Source: Myxococcales bacterium (lineage in GTDB: Bacteria > Myxococcota_A > Polyangia > Polyangiales > Polyangiaceae). From it: a stretch of 59,455 bases of DNA. A model generated the notes under the pieces. The model did not search any database and had not been told where the DNA came from. It saw only the letters and a program-made list of their open reading frames with translations. The position numbers and the translations under genes were made by a program. The DNA lies in the NCBI GenBank assembly GCA_043747615.1, contig JAYTOU010000036.1, forward strand, positions 1 through 59,455, given 5' to 3'. This document shows positions 27,544 through 36,662 of this stretch, piece after piece (positions within the stretch are counted from its first letter, which is position 1; each line of letters starts with the position of its first letter).

Positions 27544-30186
27544 ATGGCGATCAAGGTTCTCGTGTTCGAGAGCGATGCCGCGTTTGCCGGCGAGCTTCGA
27601 ACCGAGCTGGGAAAGCTCGGCTGCACCACTCACATCGTCGACGACGGTAACGTCGGCTTACAGCAAGCCGTGTCCGACAGGCCGGATCTCATTTTGCTCT
27701 CGATCGAGCTGCCGCGCATGAACGGGTTCTCGGTCTGCAACAAGCTGAAGAAAGATGCGTTGCTGAAGGACGTCCCGCTCATCATCATGTCGAGCGAGTC
27801 GAGCGACGAGACCTTCGAGCAGCACCGCAAGCTCCGCACGCGCGCCGAAGATTACGTCCACAAGCCGATCGCGTTCGGCGAGCTGCTCCAGCACATTCAG
27901 CCCTTCGTTGCGCTCGGCGAAGTGCTCGCCGATGAGGGTGCTGGCAACGATCAGATCTACATCGACGACGACGTGGTGGTCGACGATGACGACTCGCACA
28001 CGCAGGTCGGTCGGATGCCCGATTTTGCCGCGGACACTCGACCGGTCGATGCCGCCCCGCCGCCGCACGTAGCGCCGAAATCGAACGCGCCGAAAAGGCC
28101 GATCGACGCCGACGTGGACGCCTTCGCCGACGCCGCCTTTGGCCGCATCACCCAGAGCAAGGCTCCGCCTCCCGTGATTGCGGCGACGAACGGCACCCAG
28201 GCCATGGAGCAGACCGTGGCCACGCGGATCAGCGACATGCCGCTTCCCCACGACGACGCCGATTCCGCGCGAGCCAAGGAGCAAGTCCGCGAGCTCGAGC
28301 GTCAGCTCTCCGCGCTAAAGAGCGAGAACGCGCGGCTTCAGGACAGCGTGCAGAACGCCGTCCAACCCGGCGAAACGGAGCGCCTCCAGCGCGAAATCGA
28401 GGATCTCCGAACACGCCTGGCAAGCTCGGGAAAAGGGGGCGCGGTATCCAGCCGAGAGTTCCTCGACCTGCGCGAAAACCTCAACAAGAAGGACAAAGAG
28501 ATCCTCTCGCTCCGAGAGACCCTCGGACGGAAGGACAAAGAAGTGGTCGAGGCGCGCGATCGCTCGCTCGAGTTCGCGCGCTCGAAAGGTGACGCAGACG
28601 ACCGGATCCTCGCCGTCGAGCGAGAGATCGCCGATGGCCGCGACAAGATCGAAGCGCTCACTGCCGATAAAGAGCAGGCGAAAAAAGCGAGCGAGGATTC
28701 CCGGTCGCGCATGACCCGCGCCCAGGCCGATCTGGAAGTGCGCGTCAAAGAGGTCGACGAGCTGCGCGCGAAGTACGCTGAGGAGATCTCGGCAAACGAG
28801 GCAAGCATCACCGCGCTTCATGCCGAGCATGCGTCGGCCCTGAGCGAGTCTCTCGAGCACGCGGCCAGCGAGCACCAATCGACGCACCAGCGGGAGCTCG
28901 AAGAGATCCGTTCGTCGCTCACCGGCCAGCTCGAACAGGCGCGCAGCGCGCACGGCCAGGAGCTCGATGGTGCCCGGGCTTCTCACGCGAGCGAGCTCGC
29001 GCAGACCCAGGCAGCACACGGCAACGTTTTGGACCAAGCGCGGACCGCCCACGCAAACGAGCTCGCGGAGCTCGAAGAACGCCTCCGATCCGAGTTAGCG
29101 AAAGCCACGGAAGAGGGCGACACCGCGCTCAGCGAGGCGCTCGAGCGAGCGGCGCGCGAGAGGAGCCAGGCGGTCGGCAAGCGCGAAGAAGAGATGCGCG
29201 AGCAGTACGCGAGCGATCTTTCCGTGCTGAAGGCCGAGCACCAAGACGAGCTTGGACGCGCCCGCTCGGATTTCTCACGCGAGCTCGAGTCCGCAAAAAA
29301 CACGCATGCTCAAGAGCTAGGAGATGCTGAGGAGCGGCGCCTCGAAGAGGTCGAGACCACCAAGCAGCAAGCACGTGATCGTCTTGCGGCGCGGGAGCAC
29401 GAGCTTGCGGCGGAGAAGGCCTCCATCGTCGGCGAGCTCGAGCGGGATCGCGACGAACGCACTGCCACCATCGAGCGGGATCGCGACGAACGCATTGCCA
29501 CCATCGAGCGGGACCGCGACGAACGCATTGCCACCATCGAGCGGGATCGCGACGAGCTGCTTCAAGCGCTCGAGCGGGATAAAGCGGAGAAAATCGAGTC
29601 ACTCGAGACAAGCCTCCACGCACGGATGACGGAGATGAAGACCGATCACGAGGCGACGCTCTCCTCGATTGTCGGGGAGCACACCGAAAAGCTCATCGCC
29701 ATCGAGAACGATCGCGATGCACGACTCGCTGCCCTCGAAGCCCGGCTGGCGCGCGAAGTAGGCGACGCGGTCGCGGCGGCATCTGAAGCCAAATCTGCGG
29801 CTGATTCGCTCGTCTTTTCTCTCACCCGCGATCTCGACGATGCCCGCGAGCAGCTCTCGGCCATCACTCAGACGAAGCGCGAGAACGACACCAACAACGC
29901 CGCAAAAATCGCCGACCTCGAGGACCGATTGGCCGTGGCTACGGTCGCCCGCGACTCGGCGGACCGCGATCTGAGCGGGATGCGCGATCGCCTTGCCGTC
30001 GCCGACGCAGAGTCGATCGGTTTGCGCGCCGATCTGGGACGAACACGCGAGCAGCTCGCGGCCGAAAGCGCGCGCGCCGACCGAGCCCTGAGCAAATGGG
30101 AATCGGATCGCGGATCGCTCGAGCGCGCCAAGGACGCCCTGGCCGTTGCGCTCTCCCAGATCGAAGAAGCCGAAGCTCGAAACTAA
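27544..30186 (+). CDS. aglZ: AglZ-like pseudo-receiver / long coiled-coil protein
   Basis: Atypical receiver (VFESD, RPDLILLSIELP, GFSVC..LKK, SSES..QHR) with no phospho-Asp, followed by about 600 aa of coiled coil. Confidence 0.75.
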   Translation: MAIKVLVFESDAAFAGELRTELGKLGCTTHIVDDGNVGLQQAVSDRPDLILLSIELPRMNGFSVCNKLKKDALLKDVPLIIMSSESSDETFEQHRKLRTRAEDYVHKPIAFGELLQHIQPFVALGEVLADEGAGNDQIYIDDDVVVDDDDSHTQVGRMPDFAADTRPVDAAPPPHVAPKSNAPKRPIDADVDAFADAAFGRITQSKAPPPVIAATNGTQAMEQTVATRISDMPLPHDDADSARAKEQVRELERQLSALKSENARLQDSVQNAVQPGETERLQREIEDLRTRLASSGKGGAVSSREFLDLRENLNKKDKEILSLRETLGRKDKEVVEARDRSLEFARSKGDADDRILAVEREIADGRDKIEALTADKEQAKKASEDSRSRMTRAQADLEVRVKEVDELRAKYAEEISANEASITALHAEHASALSESLEHAASEHQSTHQRELEEIRSSLTGQLEQARSAHGQELDGARASHASELAQTQAAHGNVLDQARTAHANELAELEERLRSELAKATEEGDTALSEALERAARERSQAVGKREEEMREQYASDLSVLKAEHQDELGRARSDFSRELESAKNTHAQELGDAEERRLEEVETTKQQARDRLAAREHELAAEKASIVGELERDRDERTATIERDRDERIATIERDRDERIATIERDRDELLQALERDKAEKIESLETSLHARMTEMKTDHEATLSSIVGEHTEKLIAIENDRDARLAALEARLAREVGDAVAAASEAKSAADSLVFSLTRDLDDAREQLSAITQTKRENDTNNAAKIADLEDRLAVATVARDSADRDLSGMRDRLAVADAESIGLRADLGRTREQLAAESARADRALSKWESDRGSLERAKDALAVALSQIEEAEARN
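29438..29580 (+). repeat. 33-bp intragenic tandem repeat (ERDRDERIATI), about 4.3 copies
   Basis: Units start at 29438, 29471, 29504, 29537 and 29570. Confidence 0.92.
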
Positions 30187-31532
30187 ATCGGCTCGAGCTT
30201 TGCGCGGGAGATGAGCTCCTTTGAGAGCTCGCGAGCCCTCGACGTCACGCGCTCCGCGTCGAAGATTTGGTGCTCTCCGTGACGAACGATCGGTGCGCCG
30301 TCGACGTAAACATGGACGACGTCACGCGCACCGCAGGCATAGACGAGCTTGGAGAATACGTCGCCGCCCGGCTCGGCGTGAACGCCGTCGAGCCGGACCA
30401 CCGCGAGGTCGGCGCGTTTTCCTTTCTCGAGCGACCCGGTGATGGCATCCAAGCCGAGGGCGCGCGCCCCATCGATCGTTGCCAGCCGAAATGCGCGAGC
30501 GGCTCCGAGCGTAGTGACGCCGCTCGTGATCTTCGCGAGGAGCGCAGCGTGACGAAGCTCCATCCAGGGGTCCATGTTGTTGTTGCAGGGCGCGCCATCC
30601 GCCCCGAGCGCGAGGGCCACTCCCGCAGCGTCGAGATCTACGATGCGCGCGATCCCCGAGCCGAGCTTGAGATTCGCGCTGGGGCAATGGACGATGCGCG
30701 TTCCGTCTTTTGCAATCTGGCGCGCCTCTTCGTCGGTGAGTTGAACACCGTGAGCAATCACGGCATTCGGCCCAAAAACGCCCCATTTTCGCAAAATCGC
30801 GAGATCTTCATCACCAAGCATCTCACGAACTGCTGCGCGCTCACCCGCGTGCTCCGCGGCATGCGTGTGGACAAGAGCGCCCTGCGAGCGAGCGCCTTCG
30901 ACTGCGCCGCGCACGAGCTTCTCGCTGCACGAAAGAATGAAGCGTGGCGCGTAGGCATAGCCGATTCGTCCGTCTCCTTTTCCTGACCAGGTCGCGCACA
31001 ATCTCTCGCTCGCGGCGAGGCTCGACTTGGTCGTCTCCTGCAAACCCTTGGGGACGCCGTCACCCCGGTCCATCATCGCCTTTCCGCTGACCGCACGCAG
31101 ACCGCTGCGCACGCATGCGTCCATCACCACGTCGTGGTTGTGCACGGTGCCCATGTCCAAGATCGTCGTGGTCCCGGCGAGGCTCATCTCGGTGAGCCCG
31201 AGCTCCGCGCTGGCCGTAAGAGTGGCCTCGTCGTGCGCAGCCTCGAGCGGCCAGATGCGCTTCTTCAACCACTCGAGGAGAGGGAGATCGTCGGCCATTC
31301 CCCGCAAGAGAGCCTGGCAAAGATGCACGTGAGCCTGGACGAATCCGGGGATGATCGCGCAGCCTCGGGCATCGACCACGCGAGTGAGGGTATCGCCCGC
31401 GAGGGCTGCGTCGATCTCCAGCCCTCGTCCTACCGCGATGATCTGCTGACCCCGCACCAAGACGTCGCCGGTAAGGACTCGATGCTTCGCATCGCAGGTG
31501 ACGATGATTCCATCGCGAAAGAGCGTCTGCAT
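30183..31532 (-). CDS. Amidohydrolase, 5'-deoxyadenosine/MTA-SAH deaminase-like
   Basis: PGFVQAHVH, RGMADDL.L.EWL, HTHAAE, HCPSANLKLGSG, GADGAPCNN. Confidence 0.9.
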   Translation of the reverse strand: MQTLFRDGIIVTCDAKHRVLTGDVLVRGQQIIAVGRGLEIDAALAGDTLTRVVDARGCAIIPGFVQAHVHLCQALLRGMADDLPLLEWLKKRIWPLEAAHDEATLTASAELGLTEMSLAGTTTILDMGTVHNHDVVMDACVRSGLRAVSGKAMMDRGDGVPKGLQETTKSSLAASERLCATWSGKGDGRIGYAYAPRFILSCSEKLVRGAVEGARSQGALVHTHAAEHAGERAAVREMLGDEDLAILRKWGVFGPNAVIAHGVQLTDEEARQIAKDGTRIVHCPSANLKLGSGIARIVDLDAAGVALALGADGAPCNNNMDPWMELRHAALLAKITSGVTTLGAARAFRLATIDGARALGLDAITGSLEKGKRADLAVVRLDGVHAEPGGDVFSKLVYACGARDVVHVYVDGAPIVRHGEHQIFDAERVTSRARELSKELISRAKLEPI

Positions 31533-31603
31533 GGAGGCGCGAAACTTACCACATTGCGGCTTGACCACTGCCACCACCAAGACGCACGCTCTCGAGGAGT
31601 CGC

Positions 31604-32818
31604 ATGGCCAAGAGAATCCTCGTCGTAGACGACAGCCCGACGATTCGAAAAGCGGTCGTCGCCATTCTCGAGCGTCACGGCTACGAGGTGAGCTCCGCGG
31701 CGGATGGGCAGCTTGGCCTCGTCGCCCTCACGCAGCAACCGGTCGATCTGGTGCTGGTCGATTTCGTAATGCCGAACATGAACGGCTTTCAGTTCTGCCG
31801 AGCGATGCGGGCCAAGAAAGAATGGCTTGATCTGCCGGTCGTGTTGATGAGCGCGCGGTCGGAGCGCATCCGCGAGCAGTTCGTGCAACAAACCGGTGCC
31901 CTCGACGCGATCACGAAACCCTTCGACGCGCAGGCTCTGATTGCGCTCGTTGAGAACGTCTTTCACAGAGTGGACCTCGGGCATCTTCACCCTCACGTCT
32001 CGCAGCTCGACGAGAACGAGATCCCCCCGCGGGGTTCCAATCCGCCGACGGAGGAAGAAAGCGGAGTGGTCATCTCCGGCAACTTGGCTCTCATTCCGAT
32101 CGGCGCGGTCCTCCAGCTTCTTCAGATCGAGTGCCAAACAGGGGTTTGCATCGTCTGGCATCGGTCGAGCGAGATCATCATGACCATGCGCCGAGGGTTG
32201 GTCGATCTCGTTCAGTCCCGCGGCGCGGGAGACGAATTTCGCCTCGGTCGTTTCTTCATCGAAGAAGGCCTCGTCACCGCCGACGAGATCGACGCTGTGC
32301 TCGCCGGCGGGAATGCCCCCGTCCTCGGTGACGCGCTCGTGCAAGCTGGAAAGGTGAGCGACGTGCAGCTCCGGGAGGCCCTCGTCCGCCAGTCGAACGA
32401 GCTCGCGTACGAGATGCTTCGCTGGCAAAAAGGGCGTTTCGAGTTTCGCAACCAGTCCGCGCCGCCGCTCGCTCTGCGCGCCCGCCTGGGCATTCCTGTA
32501 GCCACGCTGATCATGGAAGGCTTCCGCCGAGTGGATGAGTGGCGCCAAATCGAGGCGCGGGTCGGTCGCTTCGACGAGGTGCTCATCTCGGATCCCACGG
32601 CCATTGGCGCTATTGGCGACAACGGACTGGCGAAGGTCGAACGGACGGTGCTCGGTGCCGTCGACGGCAAGCGCACCATACGAGAAATCATCGACGCGAC
32701 GCACATGTCGAGCTTCGAGGCATGCAAGATCCTCTTCCAGTTCATCGAGGCGCGACTGGTCCGTCGCCGCGACGCGCCTGCCTCCTCGACGCGGCTCGCG
32801 GAGAGCGTCGATGGGTGA
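31604..32818 (+). CDS. Response regulator with DUF4388/PATAN-like domain
   Basis: ILVVDDS, LVDFVMP.MNG, KPF; C-terminal SGNL...VLQLL, LGRFFIEEG, W.KGRFEF, LIMEG.RRVDEW. Confidence 0.88.
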   Translation: MAKRILVVDDSPTIRKAVVAILERHGYEVSSAADGQLGLVALTQQPVDLVLVDFVMPNMNGFQFCRAMRAKKEWLDLPVVLMSARSERIREQFVQQTGALDAITKPFDAQALIALVENVFHRVDLGHLHPHVSQLDENEIPPRGSNPPTEEESGVVISGNLALIPIGAVLQLLQIECQTGVCIVWHRSSEIIMTMRRGLVDLVQSRGAGDEFRLGRFFIEEGLVTADEIDAVLAGGNAPVLGDALVQAGKVSDVQLREALVRQSNELAYEMLRWQKGRFEFRNQSAPPLALRARLGIPVATLIMEGFRRVDEWRQIEARVGRFDEVLISDPTAIGAIGDNGLAKVERTVLGAVDGKRTIREIIDATHMSSFEACKILFQFIEARLVRRRDAPASSTRLAESVDG

Positions 32819-33206
32819 GCTCAAGCGCGGCGGTCTCCTCCTTCGCGTGGACGGCGCTCTCATCTTCATCCCCGCTTCCATAGCGCTCCGCATTTCCGCG
32901 CACCCCGAGGTCGTGCACGTCCCGGGCGCGCCGTCGGAGCTCCTCGGAATGGCGGTGAGCGAGGGAGAGATCCTCCCGGTGGTGGCAATCGGAGGCGACC
33001 GCGCTCAGATGGTGGTGTGCATGCACGCCTCGGAGCTCGTGGGCTTCGTCGGCGGCGCGGTGATCGGCTCCGGAATTTTTCCGACTGCGGACGGGGCGAG
33101 CTCCGACGCGGTTTCGTTTGGCGGCGAGACCGCACTCACCTTGGATATCGCGCGGATTTTTGGCCGTCTCCGCGGAGGCGCGTGGGCAGGTCGCTGGGGC
33201 GGATAA
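32811..33206 (+). CDS. cheW: CheW-like adaptor
   Basis: HVPGAP.ELLG....GEILPV motif; position in the che cluster. Confidence 0.75.
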   Translation: MGELKRGGLLLRVDGALIFIPASIALRISAHPEVVHVPGAPSELLGMAVSEGEILPVVAIGGDRAQMVVCMHASELVGFVGGAVIGSGIFPTADGASSDAVSFGGETALTLDIARIFGRLRGGAWAGRWGG

Positions 33207-33210
33207 CCTG

Positions 33211-33216
33211 TATGAT
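33211..33216 (+). promoter_or_regulatory. Putative sigma70 -10 box (TATGAT), 6 nt before the MCP start codon
   Basis: ctgTATGATccgtccATG; no Shine-Dalgarno sequence. Confidence 0.45.
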
Positions 33217-33222
33217 CCGTCC

Positions 33223-34041
33223 ATGCCGCTGAAGCCGAACAAGAACCGTTTCGTCCGGATGCTGCGGCAGTCGGCGAAATCGGCGCAGACGTCGGCCACG
33301 AACCGGATCGCTGCAGAGGAAAATGCATTCTGGCTTTCCCACGAGCGCGCGCTCGCACGATCTCGCGAGGCGACGGAGGCTTCGCAGCAGATTGCGTCGA
33401 TGGTTGCCAAGCAGCGCGCCGCGGTGGACGGGATCGCCGAACGCTCACGAGCCGTCGCCGCGAGGGCCCAAGAGCTGGCCACGATTTTCGCGCGGATCGG
33501 GGAGGTTTTCGACAGGCTCGGGCTGGTGGCGTTGAACGCCGGGCTGGAGGGAGCGCGCCTTGGCGAGAGCGCAGGACGGGCGGTGCTCCTGGTGAGCGAT
33601 GAGGTGCGCACCCATTCGCTTCGCGGAGGCGAGAGCGTGCGCGAGCTCTCGTCGACGCTCGCCGAGATGGCACATGAGCTCACCCAGCTGAACACGAGCT
33701 TCGATGTTCCGCGCGAAGCCTCCACGGAGATCGCGCAGCACGCGGCACTTGCGGCGGGAGCCGCGGCCGATGCCGAACGAGCGCTCATCGAGATCGACGC
33801 TAGGATTCGCAAGGCAACGGGGAGCGATCCCGAGACTGCGCGGGCCATCGCTCTGGCCAGCGAGCATGCGCACGCCCTCGTGGAGAGTGTCGGCATCCTC
33901 AGCGGCAAGGTCGCTCACGAGCAGCTGATGGGAACGCTTCGACCCATGCTGGCCCCGCTCGTTCGCGCGCTCGCCGACGAAGCCTCGGCGGGAGAAAAAG
34001 ATCTCGACGACGCCAGCACCGAAGAGGAACCGGGTGAATGA
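33223..34041 (+). CDS. Soluble MCP-like chemoreceptor (signalling domain only)
   Basis: Hairpin-tip motif LVALNAGLEGARLGESAGR...VSDEVR; no TM or sensor domain. Confidence 0.85.
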   Translation: MPLKPNKNRFVRMLRQSAKSAQTSATNRIAAEENAFWLSHERALARSREATEASQQIASMVAKQRAAVDGIAERSRAVAARAQELATIFARIGEVFDRLGLVALNAGLEGARLGESAGRAVLLVSDEVRTHSLRGGESVRELSSTLAEMAHELTQLNTSFDVPREASTEIAQHAALAAGAAADAERALIEIDARIRKATGSDPETARAIALASEHAHALVESVGILSGKVAHEQLMGTLRPMLAPLVRALADEASAGEKDLDDASTEEEPGE

Positions 34042-36115
34042 GAGCGATCCGGAGCTAACCCGGCTCCTCATTCTCGAGCTCTCGCGCCACCTGGTGACGC
34101 TCGAAACGACACCCGACGATCTCGACGCTTGCCGACGCGCAGTCCACGCGCTCAAGGGCTCCGCGGGGCTCGCCGGAGAGCCCGAGCTCGCTGCCGCGCT
34201 CCAGCGTATCGAGCGACGGGTGCGCGAGGCCGAGCCCGGCGCGGTGGCGGAGACCGCAACCCTAGTGCGCGGAGCGGTGATGCGTCTGTCGGCTGGAGAG
34301 CGCGCGACGAGCTCCATGTGGCCGGAGCCGCCTGCGGATCTCACTGCCATTTCACTCGATCCGCTGATGCGTGCACAGTACACAGCCGAGATCTCGGATC
34401 GCCTGGCGGGGATCGACGCCGCGCTCGCGAGCAGCGGCGATCCGGTGGAGGCGGCGGCGGTCGCTTACCGTCACGTGCACACCATGAAAGGTGCGGCGAG
34501 CGCCGTCGGAGACGAGCCGATGAGCTGGTTTTGTCACGGGCTCGAGGACCGCTTGAAGGTCGCGGTGACCAGTGAGGCTGCTATTGCGGCGCTCCAGGAG
34601 GTCGGACAGTGGCGGGTGGTGCTCGGCGGGCTCCTCGAAGATCCGAACGGTGCGCTGCGCATGCTGCGAGGAACTCCGCCTAGGCCGCGCTCCAACACTC
34701 CTCCGCGCATCGTCACCCTGCGCCCGGCGGGCGAGGACGATCCGCGATCGGTCGACGAAGCCACCATCCGCGTCGAGGCGGCGTCGGTCGATCGGCTGCT
34801 CGACCGGTTCGTGGCAATCAGCCTGGTCCGTGAGCGCATCGCCGCGGGGGCAGAGCGCACGCGCGAGCATTCGCTGATGATGCGGCGTCTGAGGGCCGAG
34901 CTCACGGAAGCGTTGCGCCTGATCGGTCCTCCTCGTCCGTGGGGTGCGCCTGCCGCTGCCCTGCAAAAAATCGCTCATGCTGCCACGGTGATTTCTTCAC
35001 TGGGGGACGAGCTCGATCACACGTTGGGAGACGTGCGCGGAAGCGACCTCACCCTGAAAGACAGCGTCGCGGAGGCAAAACGACTCTTGTCGCGCATGCG
35101 ACAAACCCCGCTCAAGCAAATGTTCGGGCGCCTCGCGGCGGCAGTGGAAGCCGAGGCACGGCGGACGGATCGCGAGGTCGTGGTGAGGATGATCGGCTCT
35201 GAAGAGACCATCGACCGCCGGCTGGCCGAAGTCTTGGTCGAGCCATGCTTGCAGATTGCACGCAATTCCGTCGCCCATGGCATCGAGCCTGCGGCCACGC
35301 GCGTCGCCCTCGGAAAGCCTGCAGCGGGAACCCTCACCCTCTCCGCGCGGAGAACGGCAAACCGCTTACGGATCACGATCGAAGACGATGGCGGTGGGGT
35401 CGACGTCGCCGCCGTGCGCACCCGCGCGGTCGAGGCCGGTGCGGTCGCTCATGCGCTGGCCGATGCGGCGGACGACAACACGCTCCTTGCGCTGCTCTTT
35501 CTGCCGGGGTTCTCCACCCGAGAAACATCTGATCTCCTCGCCGGACGAGGCATCGGCCTCGACATCGCCCTCAGCGCGATTCAGCGACTCGGCGGAGCGC
35601 TTCGACTCTCGAGCAAGTACGGATTGGGCTTCTCGGCGCGGGTCGAGATCCCCGTGGAGAGCGGACTTGGGAGCGTGCTGTGGGTCACCGCCGGCGGGGT
35701 CGAGTACGCGCTCTCCGCGGCTCAAGCCGCCTCGGTGCGCCTGAGCGACGGCGACCGCATCCCGAACCTCGCAGCGTGTCTCGAGGCTCGACCCAACGAT
35801 GTTGCGAGGTTCGCGATCGAGCTTCAGGTCGAGGAGGACGAACAGAGCGCGAGCCCATTCTTCGTGGGCGTAGACGCGGTCGGCCGCACCGAAGAAGTCC
35901 TCATCCGGCCGCTTACGCCGCTCCTTGCTTCGATGGGGCCCTATTCTGGAGCCATCGTCCGCGAGGACGGATCGCTGCGTCTGGCCGTCGACATCTTCGC
36001 CCTTGCGCCGCGTGCCCGAGCGCTCGCTCGTGTTCCCGACAGGACGAGCGCGTTCCCGAGTGACAGGCCACGCGCTCCGTTGTCGACCCCAAGCGGCGTC
36101 CTCGACATCGATTAA
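34034..36115 (+). CDS. cheA: CheA histidine kinase with two Hpt domains
   Basis: HALKGSAG and HTMKGAAS; RNSVAHGIE, EDDGGG, PGFST, GRGIGLD; C-terminal CheW-like domain. Confidence 0.92.
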   Translation: MNESDPELTRLLILELSRHLVTLETTPDDLDACRRAVHALKGSAGLAGEPELAAALQRIERRVREAEPGAVAETATLVRGAVMRLSAGERATSSMWPEPPADLTAISLDPLMRAQYTAEISDRLAGIDAALASSGDPVEAAAVAYRHVHTMKGAASAVGDEPMSWFCHGLEDRLKVAVTSEAAIAALQEVGQWRVVLGGLLEDPNGALRMLRGTPPRPRSNTPPRIVTLRPAGEDDPRSVDEATIRVEAASVDRLLDRFVAISLVRERIAAGAERTREHSLMMRRLRAELTEALRLIGPPRPWGAPAAALQKIAHAATVISSLGDELDHTLGDVRGSDLTLKDSVAEAKRLLSRMRQTPLKQMFGRLAAAVEAEARRTDREVVVRMIGSEETIDRRLAEVLVEPCLQIARNSVAHGIEPAATRVALGKPAAGTLTLSARRTANRLRITIEDDGGGVDVAAVRTRAVEAGAVAHALADAADDNTLLALLFLPGFSTRETSDLLAGRGIGLDIALSAIQRLGGALRLSSKYGLGFSARVEIPVESGLGSVLWVTAGGVEYALSAAQAASVRLSDGDRIPNLAACLEARPNDVARFAIELQVEEDEQSASPFFVGVDAVGRTEEVLIRPLTPLLASMGPYSGAIVREDGSLRLAVDIFALAPRARALARVPDRTSAFPSDRPRAPLSTPSGVLDID

Positions 36116-36132
36116 GGAGGTATACCTTTGGG

Positions 36133-36651
36133 GTGGTGACGATCACGCGGATGGAGGATGCCGACATCGACGCGGTGGTCGCCATCGACGCGGCGGCTTT
36201 CCGTCGCACACCTGCGAAGCTCGACGAAGAGGGCACGATCGCCACCGCGTCTGGGCTCCGCGAAGAGCTAGCGCGTCCGTGGTCTCGCTTGTGGGTCGCG
36301 CGTTCCTGCGAGATCGCGGTGGGGTTCTTGGTGTGCTGGCACGTCGTCGACGAGCTCCACGTTCTCAACGTGGCGACTCTTCCCGAGCATCGTCGGCGGG
36401 GGATCGCCAGCGCGCTGATGGATGAGGCCTTCGCCTTCGCCCGGACAAATGAGGTGCGGAAGGTGTTCCTCGAAGTGCGCAAATCAAACGGGGATGCGAT
36501 TCAGCTTTATCGAAAGCTCGGGTTTTCGGCGATGAACGTGAGGAAAAAGTACTACTCCGACGACGAGGATGCGATCGAGATGGTCCTTCTTTTCGATCCA
36601 GAGACCAAAGAGATCATTGCTCGACCAGACGAGATTCGTCTGGAACGCTGA
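36133..36651 (+). CDS. rimI: Ribosomal-protein-alanine N-acetyltransferase
   Basis: DELHVLNVA..PEHRRRGIA, FLEVRKSN..A..LY.KLGF...RKKYYSD.EDA; AAGGAGG upstream. Confidence 0.9.
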   Translation: MVTITRMEDADIDAVVAIDAAAFRRTPAKLDEEGTIATASGLREELARPWSRLWVARSCEIAVGFLVCWHVVDELHVLNVATLPEHRRRGIASALMDEAFAFARTNEVRKVFLEVRKSNGDAIQLYRKLGFSAMNVRKKYYSDDEDAIEMVLLFDPETKEIIARPDEIRLER

Positions 36652-36662
36652 GCTCGAGCCCC

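Noticed and set aside
31430..33908. Long minus-strand ORFs (487 and 388 aa) opposite the che cluster
   Set aside because: Antisense to well-supported genes, with no domain signatures.
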